Source: an uncultured Gammaproteobacteria bacterium | GTDB lineage: Bacteria > Pseudomonadota > Gammaproteobacteria > GCA-002705445 > GCA-002716945 | Length of the DNA stretch: 64,000 nt | Reading direction: 5' to 3' | NCBI GenBank assembly: GCA_902628335.1 | Contig: CACOMO010000002.1 | Location: 143,684-207,683, forward strand | Shown: piece after piece, positions 51,278 through 61,088 of the stretch | Numbering within the stretch: the stretch's first letter is position 1 | How the letters are laid out: the number at the start of each line of letters is the position of its first letter | Notes under the pieces: model-generated | Seen by the model: the letters and a program-made list of their open reading frames with translations, nothing else | The model's database searches: none | What the model was told of the DNA's origin: nothing | Translations under genes and position numbers: made by a program

Positions 51278-51750
51278 TTTGCACCTTCGACATAACTGAC
51301 TAATTTTTCAATCTCTTTTGATACATGGTCGTGTGAATGATTGTAATTAAGACTAATATGAGCTTCTGGTTTTCTTCCTCTAGGCACGGACGCGTGACAT
51401 GAAAAACAATCTATATTAACAGCTGTTTGAATATGGCATGTTTGACAAAATTGTCCCTCAGAATTTATTGGTATCGGCTCGCCAACTTCATCATATGAGA
51501 CATGACAATCAATACAATTTGCAAAACTGTGATTCTTTGTTCTTAAGCCATTAATTACTGTTTTGTCTCGTTGATGATATAGAAAAACAAAGTGTTCTTT
51601 CTGCATTATCTCAGTAGGTTCCACACACTGTGTTGCATCATCTGCTTTTGATTTGCCTTTGATTGAGTGGTTTATGCCATCATGACTGTATATGTCAGGA
51701 GAGATTAAGAAAATTATCAGTAACAGAAGCCTTATCGCTAATTGGTACAC
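51274..51750 (-). CDS. dsrJ: DsrJ triheme cytochrome c
   Basis: Signal peptide; three CxxCH (CIDCH, CQTCH, CFSCH). Confidence 0.9.
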   Translation of the reverse strand: MYQLAIRLLLLIIFLISPDIYSHDGINHSIKGKSKADDATQCVEPTEIMQKEHFVFLYHQRDKTVINGLRTKNHSFANCIDCHVSYDEVGEPIPINSEGQFCQTCHIQTAVNIDCFSCHASVPRGRKPEAHISLNYNHSHDHVSKEIEKLVSYVEGAK

Positions 51751-51785
51751 TTTCTCCCTCCCAGATTTCTACCAATTGTGGGTAG

Positions 51786-53759
51786 CTATTCTCCAAGACC
51801 CATTTTTATATAACCAGTTGGACACACATCTGCGCAAATGTGACATCCGATGCATTTGTTATAATCGGTATCGACATATCTACCAGTTGTTGATTGATCT
51901 TTTTTTACTCTAAATACAGCGTCTTGAGGACAATATATGACACAGTTATCACATTCGAAACACATACCACAACTCATACATCTGCCTGCTTCTTTAATTG
52001 CTTCTTCCTCAGTTAATCCAATAATTCGATCCTCATAATGATCTATGACGTCATCTCCTGTAGGTACTGCTTCACCACGCTTATATCTTGCTTCATGTTT
52101 ATAGTGACCCAGAAATAACTCTGTCGAAGGGATTACCTCCTGTCCAGATCTATCCTCATAATTATGAACCACAGCATTATTATTATCACTTCCTCTAAGT
52201 TTGTCTGGATCTTCAATTTTAGCCTGATAATCTTCAGGTGAGAGATCTGATTCTCTGAGTTTATCTAATAATTTGAAATGATGGACATCAACTTTAGGTC
52301 TTCTTTTAAAATCATCATTTTCAAAATAACTCTCAATCGTATCTGAAACTATTGAGCCTTGACCTATTGCTGTTGTTAATAAATGTGGTCTAATAATATC
52401 ACCTGCTACAAAATGACCTTCTTTTGTTTTATGTCTGTAGAAGTCGTCAACTTCAAAGAAGCCTTTTTCATTTCCCATTTCCTCATAACCTTCAATGTCA
52501 GGACTTTGCCCGATAGCAGAGATAATCAGGTCAGCCTCAATAACTTTTTCAGTTCCTTCAATAGGTTTTGGTACATTCTCTTCAAAGGTACAATCAGCAA
52601 CAACAAGAGCAATTGCTCTTCCATTCTCATCTTGCTCTACTTTTACAGGAATTACTCCATTTAATATTGATACACCTTCGTGCATCGCATCATTAACTTC
52701 TTGTTCAGCTGCGGTCATTTCCTCTCTCTTGAATAAGGAAGTTAGTGTTACCTCGGCACCCTCTTTGATGGCTTGCTCAGAAACATCTTGAGCAACATAC
52801 CCATGAACAACTGCTTCTGGTTTTTCTTGAGGGTTCATATTAGAGATATGGCCAAGTCTTCTTGCTACTGAGACCACATCAATAGATGTATCACCACCAC
52901 CAACGCAAACTACTTTTTGTGCACCTACTTTTAATCTACCTTGACTGAACGCTTCTAAGAATTCTACACCGTTCAAACAGTTTTCTGCATCACTCCCTTC
53001 AACTGGGAGCGATCTTCCATTCCAGCAGCCAATAGTCCACAGAACAGCATCATGAGATTTTTCAACATCTTCTAAAGGTACGTCTTTGCCAACTCTTGTA
53101 TTAAGTACTACTTCAATATCACCCAAGTCTAAGATACGTTTTATTTCTGCATCCAAGATATCTCTTGGTGTTCTATAATTAGGAATGCCGTAGCGCATCA
53201 TGCCACCAAGTTTTTCTCTCTCTTCAAAAATAGTGGATGCATAACCTTTCTTTCTTAACTGATATGCAGCAGACATGCCAGCTGGTCCACCTCCTATAAT
53301 TGCTACTCTCTGTTTTTTAAGTTCAGGCGCAGGGTCAAATTTAAATCCTTCTTTAAATGCTGTATCTCCGATGAACTGTTCTACTGCATTAATTCCAACA
53401 TAATCATCAACTTCGTTTCTGTTACAGCCACTTTGACATGGAGCGGGGCAAACTCTTCCCATTTGTGATGGAAAAGGGTTTGCAGTTGTTGATCGCCTGA
53501 AAGCATATTCAGACATTGTCATACCCTCTGGTGCTTTTTCTATACCTCTAACGATTTGTAACCAACCTCGTATATCTTCACCAGATGGGCAACTACCTTG
53601 GCAAGGTGGTGTTTTATGAATATATGTAGGACACTTATGGGATTTGTCTTGATTAAAGATATCCTCTGAAAAGTCTGTATACTTATGATCACCATCAGAG
53701 AATCGTCTATAGGTATTCTCCTCTTTCATCAAGTTGACTGTTTTTTCTAGCTTAGACAT
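51786..53759 (-). CDS. dsrL: DsrL iron-sulfur flavoprotein (DsrL-1 type)
   Basis: PPCQGSCP, GGGPAG, TSLF in place of YRR, C-terminal ferredoxin RCMSCG...CIGCHICADVCP. Confidence 0.94.
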   Translation of the reverse strand: MSKLEKTVNLMKEENTYRRFSDGDHKYTDFSEDIFNQDKSHKCPTYIHKTPPCQGSCPSGEDIRGWLQIVRGIEKAPEGMTMSEYAFRRSTTANPFPSQMGRVCPAPCQSGCNRNEVDDYVGINAVEQFIGDTAFKEGFKFDPAPELKKQRVAIIGGGPAGMSAAYQLRKKGYASTIFEEREKLGGMMRYGIPNYRTPRDILDAEIKRILDLGDIEVVLNTRVGKDVPLEDVEKSHDAVLWTIGCWNGRSLPVEGSDAENCLNGVEFLEAFSQGRLKVGAQKVVCVGGGDTSIDVVSVARRLGHISNMNPQEKPEAVVHGYVAQDVSEQAIKEGAEVTLTSLFKREEMTAAEQEVNDAMHEGVSILNGVIPVKVEQDENGRAIALVVADCTFEENVPKPIEGTEKVIEADLIISAIGQSPDIEGYEEMGNEKGFFEVDDFYRHKTKEGHFVAGDIIRPHLLTTAIGQGSIVSDTIESYFENDDFKRRPKVDVHHFKLLDKLRESDLSPEDYQAKIEDPDKLRGSDNNNAVVHNYEDRSGQEVIPSTELFLGHYKHEARYKRGEAVPTGDDVIDHYEDRIIGLTEEEAIKEAGRCMSCGMCFECDNCVIYCPQDAVFRVKKDQSTTGRYVDTDYNKCIGCHICADVCPTGYIKMGLGE

Positions 53760-53780
53760 AAATCTCCCACCAAATATAAG

Positions 53781-53816
53781 TTTATTATTCTAATCTAATA
53801 TTCAATAATTATAGCA
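53781..53816 (-). promoter_or_regulatory. Internal extended -10 promoter for dsrLJOPNR with overlapping motif copy
   Basis: Minus strand TGCTATAAT (53808-53816); TTTATTATT-CTAA-TCTAATATT (53781-53802) at the predicted start site. Confidence 0.55.
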
Positions 53817-53830
53817 CATGGATTCAGACC

Positions 53831-55330
53831 CTAAAGCTCTTTTTTGTTCATAATTAGAGCGTTTCCAACAAGCTGATGTAAGCTTATAATCTGGTCGATT
53901 TCAAACCCGTAGTATCCTAGAGCTTTCGAGAACTGTGACTTACAAATAGCACATATAGCAGCCATATGAGTGACACCATAGTCATCGACAACCCTCTTTA
54001 GTGCCTCCATTCTGGGGAGAGCACCTTTCATGCGTAATTCCATAAGATCATCTGTCAAGAGGCCTCCTCCGCCGCCGCAGCAGAAAGTTTTCTCTTTAAT
54101 TGTACTTTCGTCCATATCGTAAAAATGATTAGTAGTTGCCCTAATGATGTCTCGCGGAATTGTAAATTGCCCACCTATCACATCACCCATATTTGATGCT
54201 CTAGCCACATTACAGGAGTCATGATAAGTAACGACCATGTCATCGTTGGCAGACTTATCAAACTGTAAAACATTTTTCTGAATTAAGTCGTATGTTACTT
54301 CGCAAATGTGTTGAGGCACAGGATATTTAGGGTCTAGAAAATCAAAAGGTCCGGCAAGTGTGTTGAGAAAACTATATGCAACACGCCATGCGTGACCGCA
54401 CTCACCAAAGACAATCCTTTTCACATTTAAATCTAGTGCGGCTTCCCTAATCCTCATTGCAAGTTTACGCATGTTTGCATAACTTCCAATGAACATACCA
54501 AAATTAGCAGCTTCACTAGCATGAGAGCTCAAAGTCCAACTTAGGCCTGCTTGATGAAAGACCTTTCCATAACCAATTAAGCCATCTACGTGTGGTTCGG
54601 CAAAAAAATCTGCTGAGGGTGTAACTAGTAAAATATCAGAATCTTTCTGATCAAGTGGGTATTTTACATCAATATCAATCTCATCTTTGACATCCTCTTC
54701 AAGACCCTCGAGCGTATCAGCGAGGGCAGGTTCAGGTAGTCCTAAATTATTACCAATCTTATGAACTTTACCGATAATTTCATTACAATATTTTTGACCA
54801 ACGCCCACGGAATCCATAATTTCTCGTGCTGCCATTGATATTTCTGCAGTATCGATTCCCATAGGACAAAATACCGCACATCTCCTGCACTGTGAACACT
54901 GGTGGTAATAGGAATACCAATCATCTAAAACTTCTTTTGTTAAATCTACTGCTCCTACAAGTTTAGGGAAGTATTTACCAGGTAAAGTGAAGTATCTCCT
55001 ATAAACACTTCGAAGCAAGTTTTGCCTACCTACGGGCATGTTACTTGGATCTTTCGTTCCTAGATAATAATGGCATTTATCTGTGCAAGCACCACATTGA
55101 ATACACGAATCTAGGTAGACTCTTAGTGATCTATATTTTTTTAGCAGATCACCCATTTTGTCGAGGGCTGCATCTTGCCAGTTATCGACAAGTTCTCCCG
55201 GGTAACCAAGGGATGACTGGAATTCCTCTTTTGATTTAAAAGGTGCTAAATGTGCAGTTGCTTTTTTTTCAAGTAAAGGAACATCAGAGTATTCTTTAAG
55301 TTCAGGTTTTTCGAATTCTTTAACTGCCAT
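53831..55330 (-). CDS. dsrK: DsrK (HdrD-like)
   Basis: CIQCGACTDKC, CSQCRRCAVFCP, ECGH, HDSC, CCGGGGG. Confidence 0.95.
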   Translation of the reverse strand: MAVKEFEKPELKEYSDVPLLEKKATAHLAPFKSKEEFQSSLGYPGELVDNWQDAALDKMGDLLKKYRSLRVYLDSCIQCGACTDKCHYYLGTKDPSNMPVGRQNLLRSVYRRYFTLPGKYFPKLVGAVDLTKEVLDDWYSYYHQCSQCRRCAVFCPMGIDTAEISMAAREIMDSVGVGQKYCNEIIGKVHKIGNNLGLPEPALADTLEGLEEDVKDEIDIDVKYPLDQKDSDILLVTPSADFFAEPHVDGLIGYGKVFHQAGLSWTLSSHASEAANFGMFIGSYANMRKLAMRIREAALDLNVKRIVFGECGHAWRVAYSFLNTLAGPFDFLDPKYPVPQHICEVTYDLIQKNVLQFDKSANDDMVVTYHDSCNVARASNMGDVIGGQFTIPRDIIRATTNHFYDMDESTIKEKTFCCGGGGGLLTDDLMELRMKGALPRMEALKRVVDDYGVTHMAAICAICKSQFSKALGYYGFEIDQIISLHQLVGNALIMNKKEL

Positions 55331-55339
55331 TTTATAATC

Positions 55340-56071
55340 CTATGATTCTAGTTTTCTAGCCCAATCTGCAATATGTCTTGAATCCCTTGCGGTATCAGTC
55401 TGATTTCTGGTAGGACTAAAGAATAATCCTGGGGCATGGAGCAATTTACTATAAGGAAAAATAATCATAAGAAGTAATACAAGTCCTAGGTGAAGTAATA
55501 GCATAAAATCGGATGGTAGCTCAGACCAATTAAAATATATCAAACCCAGTATAAACTGCTTCAATGCAAAAATATCTGTTGGGTACCATTTCATCAACAA
55601 TCCAGATAAGGCAATGCCGATAATTAAAAATAGAATTAAATAATCTGAGGGTGCTGAAATATGGCGAACTCTATCTACGAATATCCTTCTCACAAGTAAA
55701 CCAAGCAAGCCGAGCAACATCATATATGCCGCATAGTGACCAGCTGCTTGAACGATCTCCCATGATACCCAAAACCATACTGGATCAGTAGCATATCGGA
55801 GGTGTCTAAAAAATGCTAACAATAAAGCAAAGTGAAACAACCATCCAAACAACCATGTCCACTTAGCTGAATGAAATAGACTTTCAAAAAAAACTACTTC
55901 TCTGAATAGTCTCACTGCAACGCCACGTTTAGTCTTAGGTGCCGGTGGCGTTGGTATTTTTAGAGGAGCTGGAATAGTTGCATACTCATAAATTCTGTAT
56001 GCTATCCCTGCAAACAAAATCAAGGTTGCAAAATAAAACAACGATCCATATATAATTGTCACAAGTGACAT
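55340..56071 (-). CDS. dsrM: DsrM (NarI-like cytochrome b)
   Basis: FH...RHLRY, LH...PYSKLLH; synteny. Confidence 0.93.
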   Translation of the reverse strand: MSLVTIIYGSLFYFATLILFAGIAYRIYEYATIPAPLKIPTPPAPKTKRGVAVRLFREVVFFESLFHSAKWTWLFGWLFHFALLLAFFRHLRYATDPVWFWVSWEIVQAAGHYAAYMMLLGLLGLLVRRIFVDRVRHISAPSDYLILFLIIGIALSGLLMKWYPTDIFALKQFILGLIYFNWSELPSDFMLLLHLGLVLLLMIIFPYSKLLHAPGLFFSPTRNQTDTARDSRHIADWARKLES

Positions 56072-56103
56072 GCTCCTCTCCTCTCATAACCTTGCTAAGA
56101 ATA

Positions 56104-56436
56104 TTATACGCAACCAGTAGGCTTTGGTAATCCTGCAAACTTACAAGCTTGCTTACCAGGGCCATATGGGAAAAGTTCATAAAGGTATTTGCTGTTACCT
56201 TTTTCTTTTCCGAGTTTTTTACCGACTGCTTTGGTCAATACCCTAACCGCTGGAGCGATTTGATACTCTTCATAATATTCTCTTAGGAAATTAATAATTT
56301 CCCAGTGATCTTCGCCAAGATCAATGCCATCTTCTTTAGCCATTATCTCCGCGACATCTTTTTCCCAGTCGTTAAGGTTACTTAAGTAACCCTCTTCGTC
56401 TACTTCTAAGCTTTTACCATTTACTTCTATTGGCAT
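56104..56436 (-). CDS. dsrC: DsrC sulfur carrier
   Basis: C-terminal QACKFAGLPKPTGCV with both Cys. Confidence 0.97.
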   Translation of the reverse strand: MPIEVNGKSLEVDEEGYLSNLNDWEKDVAEIMAKEDGIDLGEDHWEIINFLREYYEEYQIAPAVRVLTKAVGKKLGKEKGNSKYLYELFPYGPGKQACKFAGLPKPTGCV

Positions 56437-56450
56437 AGTCTACTCCTGAT

Positions 56451-56753
56451 TTATAGCCAGTTTTGAATTCTCTCATTCTCAACGGCAAGTTTAACAAAAT
56501 CTTGATAATCTATTATCTCTATATTATTGATTAGAGAGTTTTTATCAAGCCCTCTGGCCATTAAATCTGGCCCTAAGACGTACATTTTTACAGTATTAAG
56601 CGACTCTTTTACAGTTGCCTCAAACTTAGTGCCCTTTAGTGCACCATAAACACCATCCTCGATCAATAGAACGGAAGAATCTTTACCAGACAGTCTTAAA
56701 CATGTCTCAAGACTGTTTTTTTCAAAAGGTGATTTATTAACAGTGTGTAGCAT
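56451..56753 (-). CDS. dsrH: DsrH
   Basis: MLHTVNKSP, LLIEDGVY, DLMARG. Confidence 0.95.
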   Translation of the reverse strand: MLHTVNKSPFEKNSLETCLRLSGKDSSVLLIEDGVYGALKGTKFEATVKESLNTVKMYVLGPDLMARGLDKNSLINNIEIIDYQDFVKLAVENERIQNWL

Positions 56754-57136
56754 TAGAAATTTAGAATTACCTCACTATCAGTAATTAATTGTTTCATTTC
56801 ATCTGATGAAATAATTTTGACGTCAACAGCAAGATCATCTGCAGATATTCCCCTTTCATCAAGTGACTCTTTTTCTACATATAATTTCTCAACATCATAC
56901 ATCTCAAGTGCAGAGAAAGTCTTTGTAAAATTTTTAGTACTAATCTGATCTGTATTCTGATCTTTTTTTAACTGAAAGACTCCGTCATCAAGAAATGCCA
57001 TGCTAACGTCTTGTTCGAAAGCAGCACCAATCAAGACAACTTCAAGAGCCTCGTGAGCATAAATTGTTCCATGAGGAGCACGTCTATTTATGTATAAAAA
57101 TTTTTTTATAACACCACTTTGAGCTTCTTCTTCCAT
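56753..57136 (-). CDS. dsrF: DsrF
   Basis: RRAPHGTIYAHEALE, FLDDGV. Confidence 0.95.
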   Translation of the reverse strand: MEEEAQSGVIKKFLYINRRAPHGTIYAHEALEVVLIGAAFEQDVSMAFLDDGVFQLKKDQNTDQISTKNFTKTFSALEMYDVEKLYVEKESLDERGISADDLAVDVKIISSDEMKQLITDSEVILNF

Positions 57137-57529
57137 CTAGTCACCAAAAGTAATTAATCTATCTGCTTGAATACCGGCCTCTATTAGCTGTCCTAAGCCT
57201 GATATTCTAAAATTATCTGCAATGTTATCTGCATCTTTTTTATTTCTTTTCATTTCGTCAGGATCGACCATACCTCTACGTTGAGCTGCTGCTACGCATA
57301 ACACTAAATCTAAATTATGTTCTTTAGCAAGTTCGGACCACCTGTTAGGGATATGACGATCATCTTGTGGAGGAGTAGCTAGACGTGTGCCGTTGTTTAC
57401 ACCATCATGATAGAAGAATATCCGATAAATCTCATGTCCTTGATCTATTGCGGCTTTTGCAAATAAATAAGCACTATCTGAAGCTTGGTGTGTGTAAGGT
57501 CCCTCGTTTACAAGAATTCCAAATTTCAT
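57137..57529 (-). CDS. dsrE: DsrE sulfurtransferase
   Basis: FFYHDGV, LCVAAAQRRG active Cys, ISGLGQL. Confidence 0.96.
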   Translation of the reverse strand: MKFGILVNEGPYTHQASDSAYLFAKAAIDQGHEIYRIFFYHDGVNNGTRLATPPQDDRHIPNRWSELAKEHNLDLVLCVAAAQRRGMVDPDEMKRNKKDADNIADNFRISGLGQLIEAGIQADRLITFGD

Positions 57530-57540
57530 AATATCTAGTA

Positions 57541-58626
57541 TTAAAATCTAACGTATGCAGATGAGTTGAGGGTTTTTCGACCGCCACGCCAATTATCAAT
57601 ATGGAACTTAGTAAATGGTAGCTCTGTTAATTCGAAGAATCTTGGCCAACCAATTCTCTCAATCCAGTCATTTATTCTTTCCCAATCCTTTGCGTCTTCT
57701 TTGTAAACTTTTAGAATACGTTTAACGATTGCGGTAGCCTCTGGCCATCTTGGAGGATTATTAGGTATACCCGCGGCTACTAGTTTTTGGAATGTAGGTT
57801 TGCCTCTAGCATTAGAATGATTTCCGCCTACCCATATAGCAAGTTTACTGTGTTCAGGGTCATTGATTTGCATTGGAGGACATGGAGGGAAGCAGGCTCC
57901 ACAGCAAATACATTTTTTTTCATCGACTTCTAAAGATGCTTTACCGTTAACCATTGCCGGTCTTATTGCTGCCACAGGACAACGTGCCACAACAGATGGT
58001 CTCTCGCAAACATTTGATACAAGATCATGGTTAATTTTAGGTGGTTTAGTATGTTGTATATTGATTGCAATATCACCTTGTCCACCACAATTAATTTGAC
58101 AACACGATGTAGTCATGTGGACTCTATTTGGCATCTCATTACCTTTAAATTCGTCAATTAATTCATCCATCATTGCTTTTACAACACCAGATGCGTCAGT
58201 TCCAGGGATATCACAGTGTAGCCAACCTTGTGTGTGCGAGATCATAGCAACGCTATTTTTTGTCCCACCAACTATAAACCCGTTCTTTTCTAATTCTTCT
58301 ATTAAAGGTTCTACTTTACTCCCATCTTTAACCATATACTCAATGTTACTTCTAATTGTAAACCTGACGTAACCATCAGCATATTTATCACCAATGTCAC
58401 ATAATGTCCTTAATGTGAAAACGTCAAGTATACGTTGGGTCCCGGCTCTAACTGTCCATATCTCTTCACCACTTTTTGCAACATGTTTAAGAACTCCAGG
58501 TTTTGGGTGCTCATGATACTGCCATTGACCATAGTTCTTACGCATAGTTGGATGCATATATTGAAAACCATCAGGTGCTCCTGTTTCAATCGGAGCTCTC
58601 ATCTCTTTTTTTTGTTCTTCACTCAT
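57541..58626 (-). CDS. dsrB: Reverse dissimilatory sulfite reductase beta subunit
   Basis: HTQGWLHCDIP, CCQINCG, CICCGACFPPCP. Confidence 0.97.
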   Translation of the reverse strand: MSEEQKKEMRAPIETGAPDGFQYMHPTMRKNYGQWQYHEHPKPGVLKHVAKSGEEIWTVRAGTQRILDVFTLRTLCDIGDKYADGYVRFTIRSNIEYMVKDGSKVEPLIEELEKNGFIVGGTKNSVAMISHTQGWLHCDIPGTDASGVVKAMMDELIDEFKGNEMPNRVHMTTSCCQINCGGQGDIAINIQHTKPPKINHDLVSNVCERPSVVARCPVAAIRPAMVNGKASLEVDEKKCICCGACFPPCPPMQINDPEHSKLAIWVGGNHSNARGKPTFQKLVAAGIPNNPPRWPEATAIVKRILKVYKEDAKDWERINDWIERIGWPRFFELTELPFTKFHIDNWRGGRKTLNSSAYVRF

Positions 58627-58629
58627 AAT

Positions 58630-59883
58630 TTATGCAGACTCTTTTTTAGCATCAGCTTTTTCGTACCACTTTACTGCTTCGTCATCCCATTCATCTGTCC
58701 TTACATAAGAACTCTCTCTTGGGTTAGCAACCATGTTAGGGTCAACGTCAACTCCGATACCCTCTAAGAAATTGACAAGACCGATTCTTTCAATCATCTC
58801 ACCACATCTTTCATGTTCAAGTGCATTATCTGCCCAAAAATCAATGGACTCTTCGGCAATCTCGACGAGACGTTCCCAGTCTTCATCAGTTTCTAGCTTC
58901 ATAAACGGAACGATTACAGTTCCCATCAAATCACCAATTTTTAGGGTTCTCTTCCCACCTATCAGAATTGTAACACCCTTATCATCCCCAGGATGGAGTG
59001 CTTTTGGCACAACGTTGAGACAGTGCATACATTTCACACAGTTTTGATTATCAATCGCCACAGTGTCATCATCATTCAACGAAATTGCATTTGTAGGGCA
59101 TCTTGTAACGATATTATCAATCACATATTTTCTACCTTTCAATGCTACATATTTTTTAAATTCTTCTTGGTCAATTTGAATGTCATCTCTCCAAGTACCT
59201 ATCACTGACATATCCGCTCTTTCGATTGAGTTCATACAGTCATTTGCACAACCAGATATTTTAAATTTAAATTTGTATGGTAAGGCTGGACGATGCATAT
59301 CATCCATGAAGTTATTTACCAACAAACGCATAGCTTTCTGCTCATTCAAATTAGACATCTCGCAACGACCAGCGCCTACACAAGCCATAGCCGTCCTCAC
59401 ACATGGCCCAGCACCACCCAGATCAAATCCATAATCATTAATTTCATCAAAAAAGTGCTGCGTGTTCTCGGTAGACGAACCTATAAACATAATGTTTCCG
59501 GTTTGCCCATGAAAAGTCACCAGTCCAGATCCGTATTTTTCCCAACTGTCTGCTAATTGACGAAGGATATCAGTTGTATAAAAATTACCTGCAGGTGGTT
59601 GGACTCTTAGGGTATGAAATTCTTTTGATTTAGGGAAAGCATCACCAACTTCAGAAAAGCGAGGTATTATTCCTCCACCATATCCATAGACACTTACTGT
59701 GCCACCTTTCCAATAGCCTTTGCGTGTCTCATAGGAGTGCTCTAATTGACCAAGTAGGTCATTAGTCATCTCATTAATTCTCTCTTCTGGATGATTGTCT
59801 CTTAAGCGCTTTATCCCACTAATAAAACTAGGCCAAGGGCCGTTCTCCAGCTCATCAATCATCGGGGTGTCGTGTTTTTTCAA
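58630..59883 (-). CDS. dsrA: Reverse dissimilatory sulfite reductase alpha subunit
   Basis: GPWPSFI, YWKGG, siroheme-[4Fe-4S] motif C-X5-C...GCANDC; TTG start. Confidence 0.97.
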   Translation of the reverse strand: MKKHDTPMIDELENGPWPSFISGIKRLRDNHPEERINEMTNDLLGQLEHSYETRKGYWKGGTVSVYGYGGGIIPRFSEVGDAFPKSKEFHTLRVQPPAGNFYTTDILRQLADSWEKYGSGLVTFHGQTGNIMFIGSSTENTQHFFDEINDYGFDLGGAGPCVRTAMACVGAGRCEMSNLNEQKAMRLLVNNFMDDMHRPALPYKFKFKISGCANDCMNSIERADMSVIGTWRDDIQIDQEEFKKYVALKGRKYVIDNIVTRCPTNAISLNDDDTVAIDNQNCVKCMHCLNVVPKALHPGDDKGVTILIGGKRTLKIGDLMGTVIVPFMKLETDEDWERLVEIAEESIDFWADNALEHERCGEMIERIGLVNFLEGIGVDVDPNMVANPRESSYVRTDEWDDEAVKWYEKADAKKESA

Positions 59884-59931
59884 TCGTTTCTCCCTGTAAA
59901 CCCTTTAAATACTGCTACCCTGCAGATTAGC

Positions 59932-59953
59932 TATATTGAATCCATCCAATATC
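59932..59953. promoter_or_regulatory. Motif copy in the dsrA / TauD-like divergent promoter region
   Basis: TATATTGAA-TCCA-TCCAATATC next to minus-strand TATAAT (59957-59962); extra perfect half-site TCTAATATA at 59975-59983. Confidence 0.55.
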
Positions 59954-60048
59954 TTTATTATATTATCATTATTTTCTAATATAATGCTTGGATAATCAAT
60001 ATAACATTGATATTAATTGTATTACAAGCTAAAAAAAACCATAATTTT

Positions 60049-60897
60049 ATGAATATATTGAATGTAAAAAGTGATGATTATAGGCGTTGGAGAGACCGTA
60101 AATTAGCTTGTTTCACATCGGATATGAGTAAACTGATGGTGGAGATAAAAAATCCCCTAAAATTGACATCATCAGAGATCAAGTTATCAGCAAAGATCAT
60201 AAATCAGAGCAATTTACTATTTTTTGAATTGGGGCATTATAAGGGCGACATCAGATCATCCCTAGTGATACTTGCAAAACAGTTCGGTATGGGGCAATTC
60301 GAAATATTAGAGTCAAGTGAAAAGAGTGGATTGACAAAGATAGAGGTATCCTCTTTATCTAAAGCAAAAAGTGAATATATTCCTTATACAAACAAATCAT
60401 TAAATTGGCATACTGACGGTTATTACAACGAGGTTAACGATCCGATTTTGTCATGGTTACTATTTTGTAAATCTAATTCCAGTAATGGAGGCGACAATAA
60501 ATTTATGGACCATGAGATTGCTTATATTCTATTTAATGACCACTCGGCAGATATCGGAGATTTAATGGATAGTGAGGCATTTACCATACCTGAGAATACT
60601 CAAAATGGTAGGAAGGCTGTGAGCAGTTACGTATTTAGATTGTTAGACAACAAGTTACATATGAAGTTTAGCATGAGAGAGAAAAATATAATCTGGAGAA
60701 ATAAAATTAAATCATCGGTAGAATTACTTAAAACGATTATTAAAGAAAATGAATACTATCAAATAAAGTATAAGTTGAAACCTAACCAAGGCGTTATCTC
60801 TAATAATGTTATTCATATGAGGTCATCATTTACAAATACGTCTAATAAGAATAGGCTGTTATATAGGTTGCGATCTAAAAGAAGAATAGATATCTGA
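60049..60897 (+). CDS. TauD/TfdA-like Fe(II)/2OG dioxygenase family protein
   Basis: WHTDGYY (HxD) and NNVIHMR (distal His); divergent from dsrA. Confidence 0.8.
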   Translation: MNILNVKSDDYRRWRDRKLACFTSDMSKLMVEIKNPLKLTSSEIKLSAKIINQSNLLFFELGHYKGDIRSSLVILAKQFGMGQFEILESSEKSGLTKIEVSSLSKAKSEYIPYTNKSLNWHTDGYYNEVNDPILSWLLFCKSNSSNGGDNKFMDHEIAYILFNDHSADIGDLMDSEAFTIPENTQNGRKAVSSYVFRLLDNKLHMKFSMREKNIIWRNKIKSSVELLKTIIKENEYYQIKYKLKPNQGVISNNVIHMRSSFTNTSNKNRLLYRLRSKRRIDI

Positions 60898-61088
60898 TGT
60901 TATATTTAAGTACGCTGTTGATACAAGAGAAAGATGTAGAGAGTTTCGAAGAACTATTAGAGGTAATTAAAATGAGAGCTAAATCTGGAGAGCGTTTCAT
61001 CCGACTTGATCTCAAGCCTCCATACCCTGATACACCTAAAGATTGGGAAGAGAGAGTTGAATCTGCATTTACAGGATACATTGAGTGA
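60897..61088 (+). CDS. Small conserved dsr-associated protein
   Basis: 63 aa, overlaps both neighbours; DLKPPYPDTP..WE motif recalled from sulfur-oxidiser dsr neighbourhoods. Confidence 0.65.
   Translation: MLYLSTLLIQEKDVESFEELLEVIKMRAKSGERFIRLDLKPPYPDTPKDWEERVESAFTGYIE

Noticed and set aside
51769..51785. CTACC-N7-GGTAG hairpin between dsrL and dsrJ as a Cas6 target, with a GCTACCC look-alike near 59914
   Set aside because: Only a 5-bp stem; the look-alike is on the opposite strand relative to dsr transcription; no resemblance to a repeat I can support
56104..57529. tusBCDE tRNA-thiolation genes
   Set aside because: Embedded between dsrAB and dsrMK, and DsrC has both C-terminal Cys
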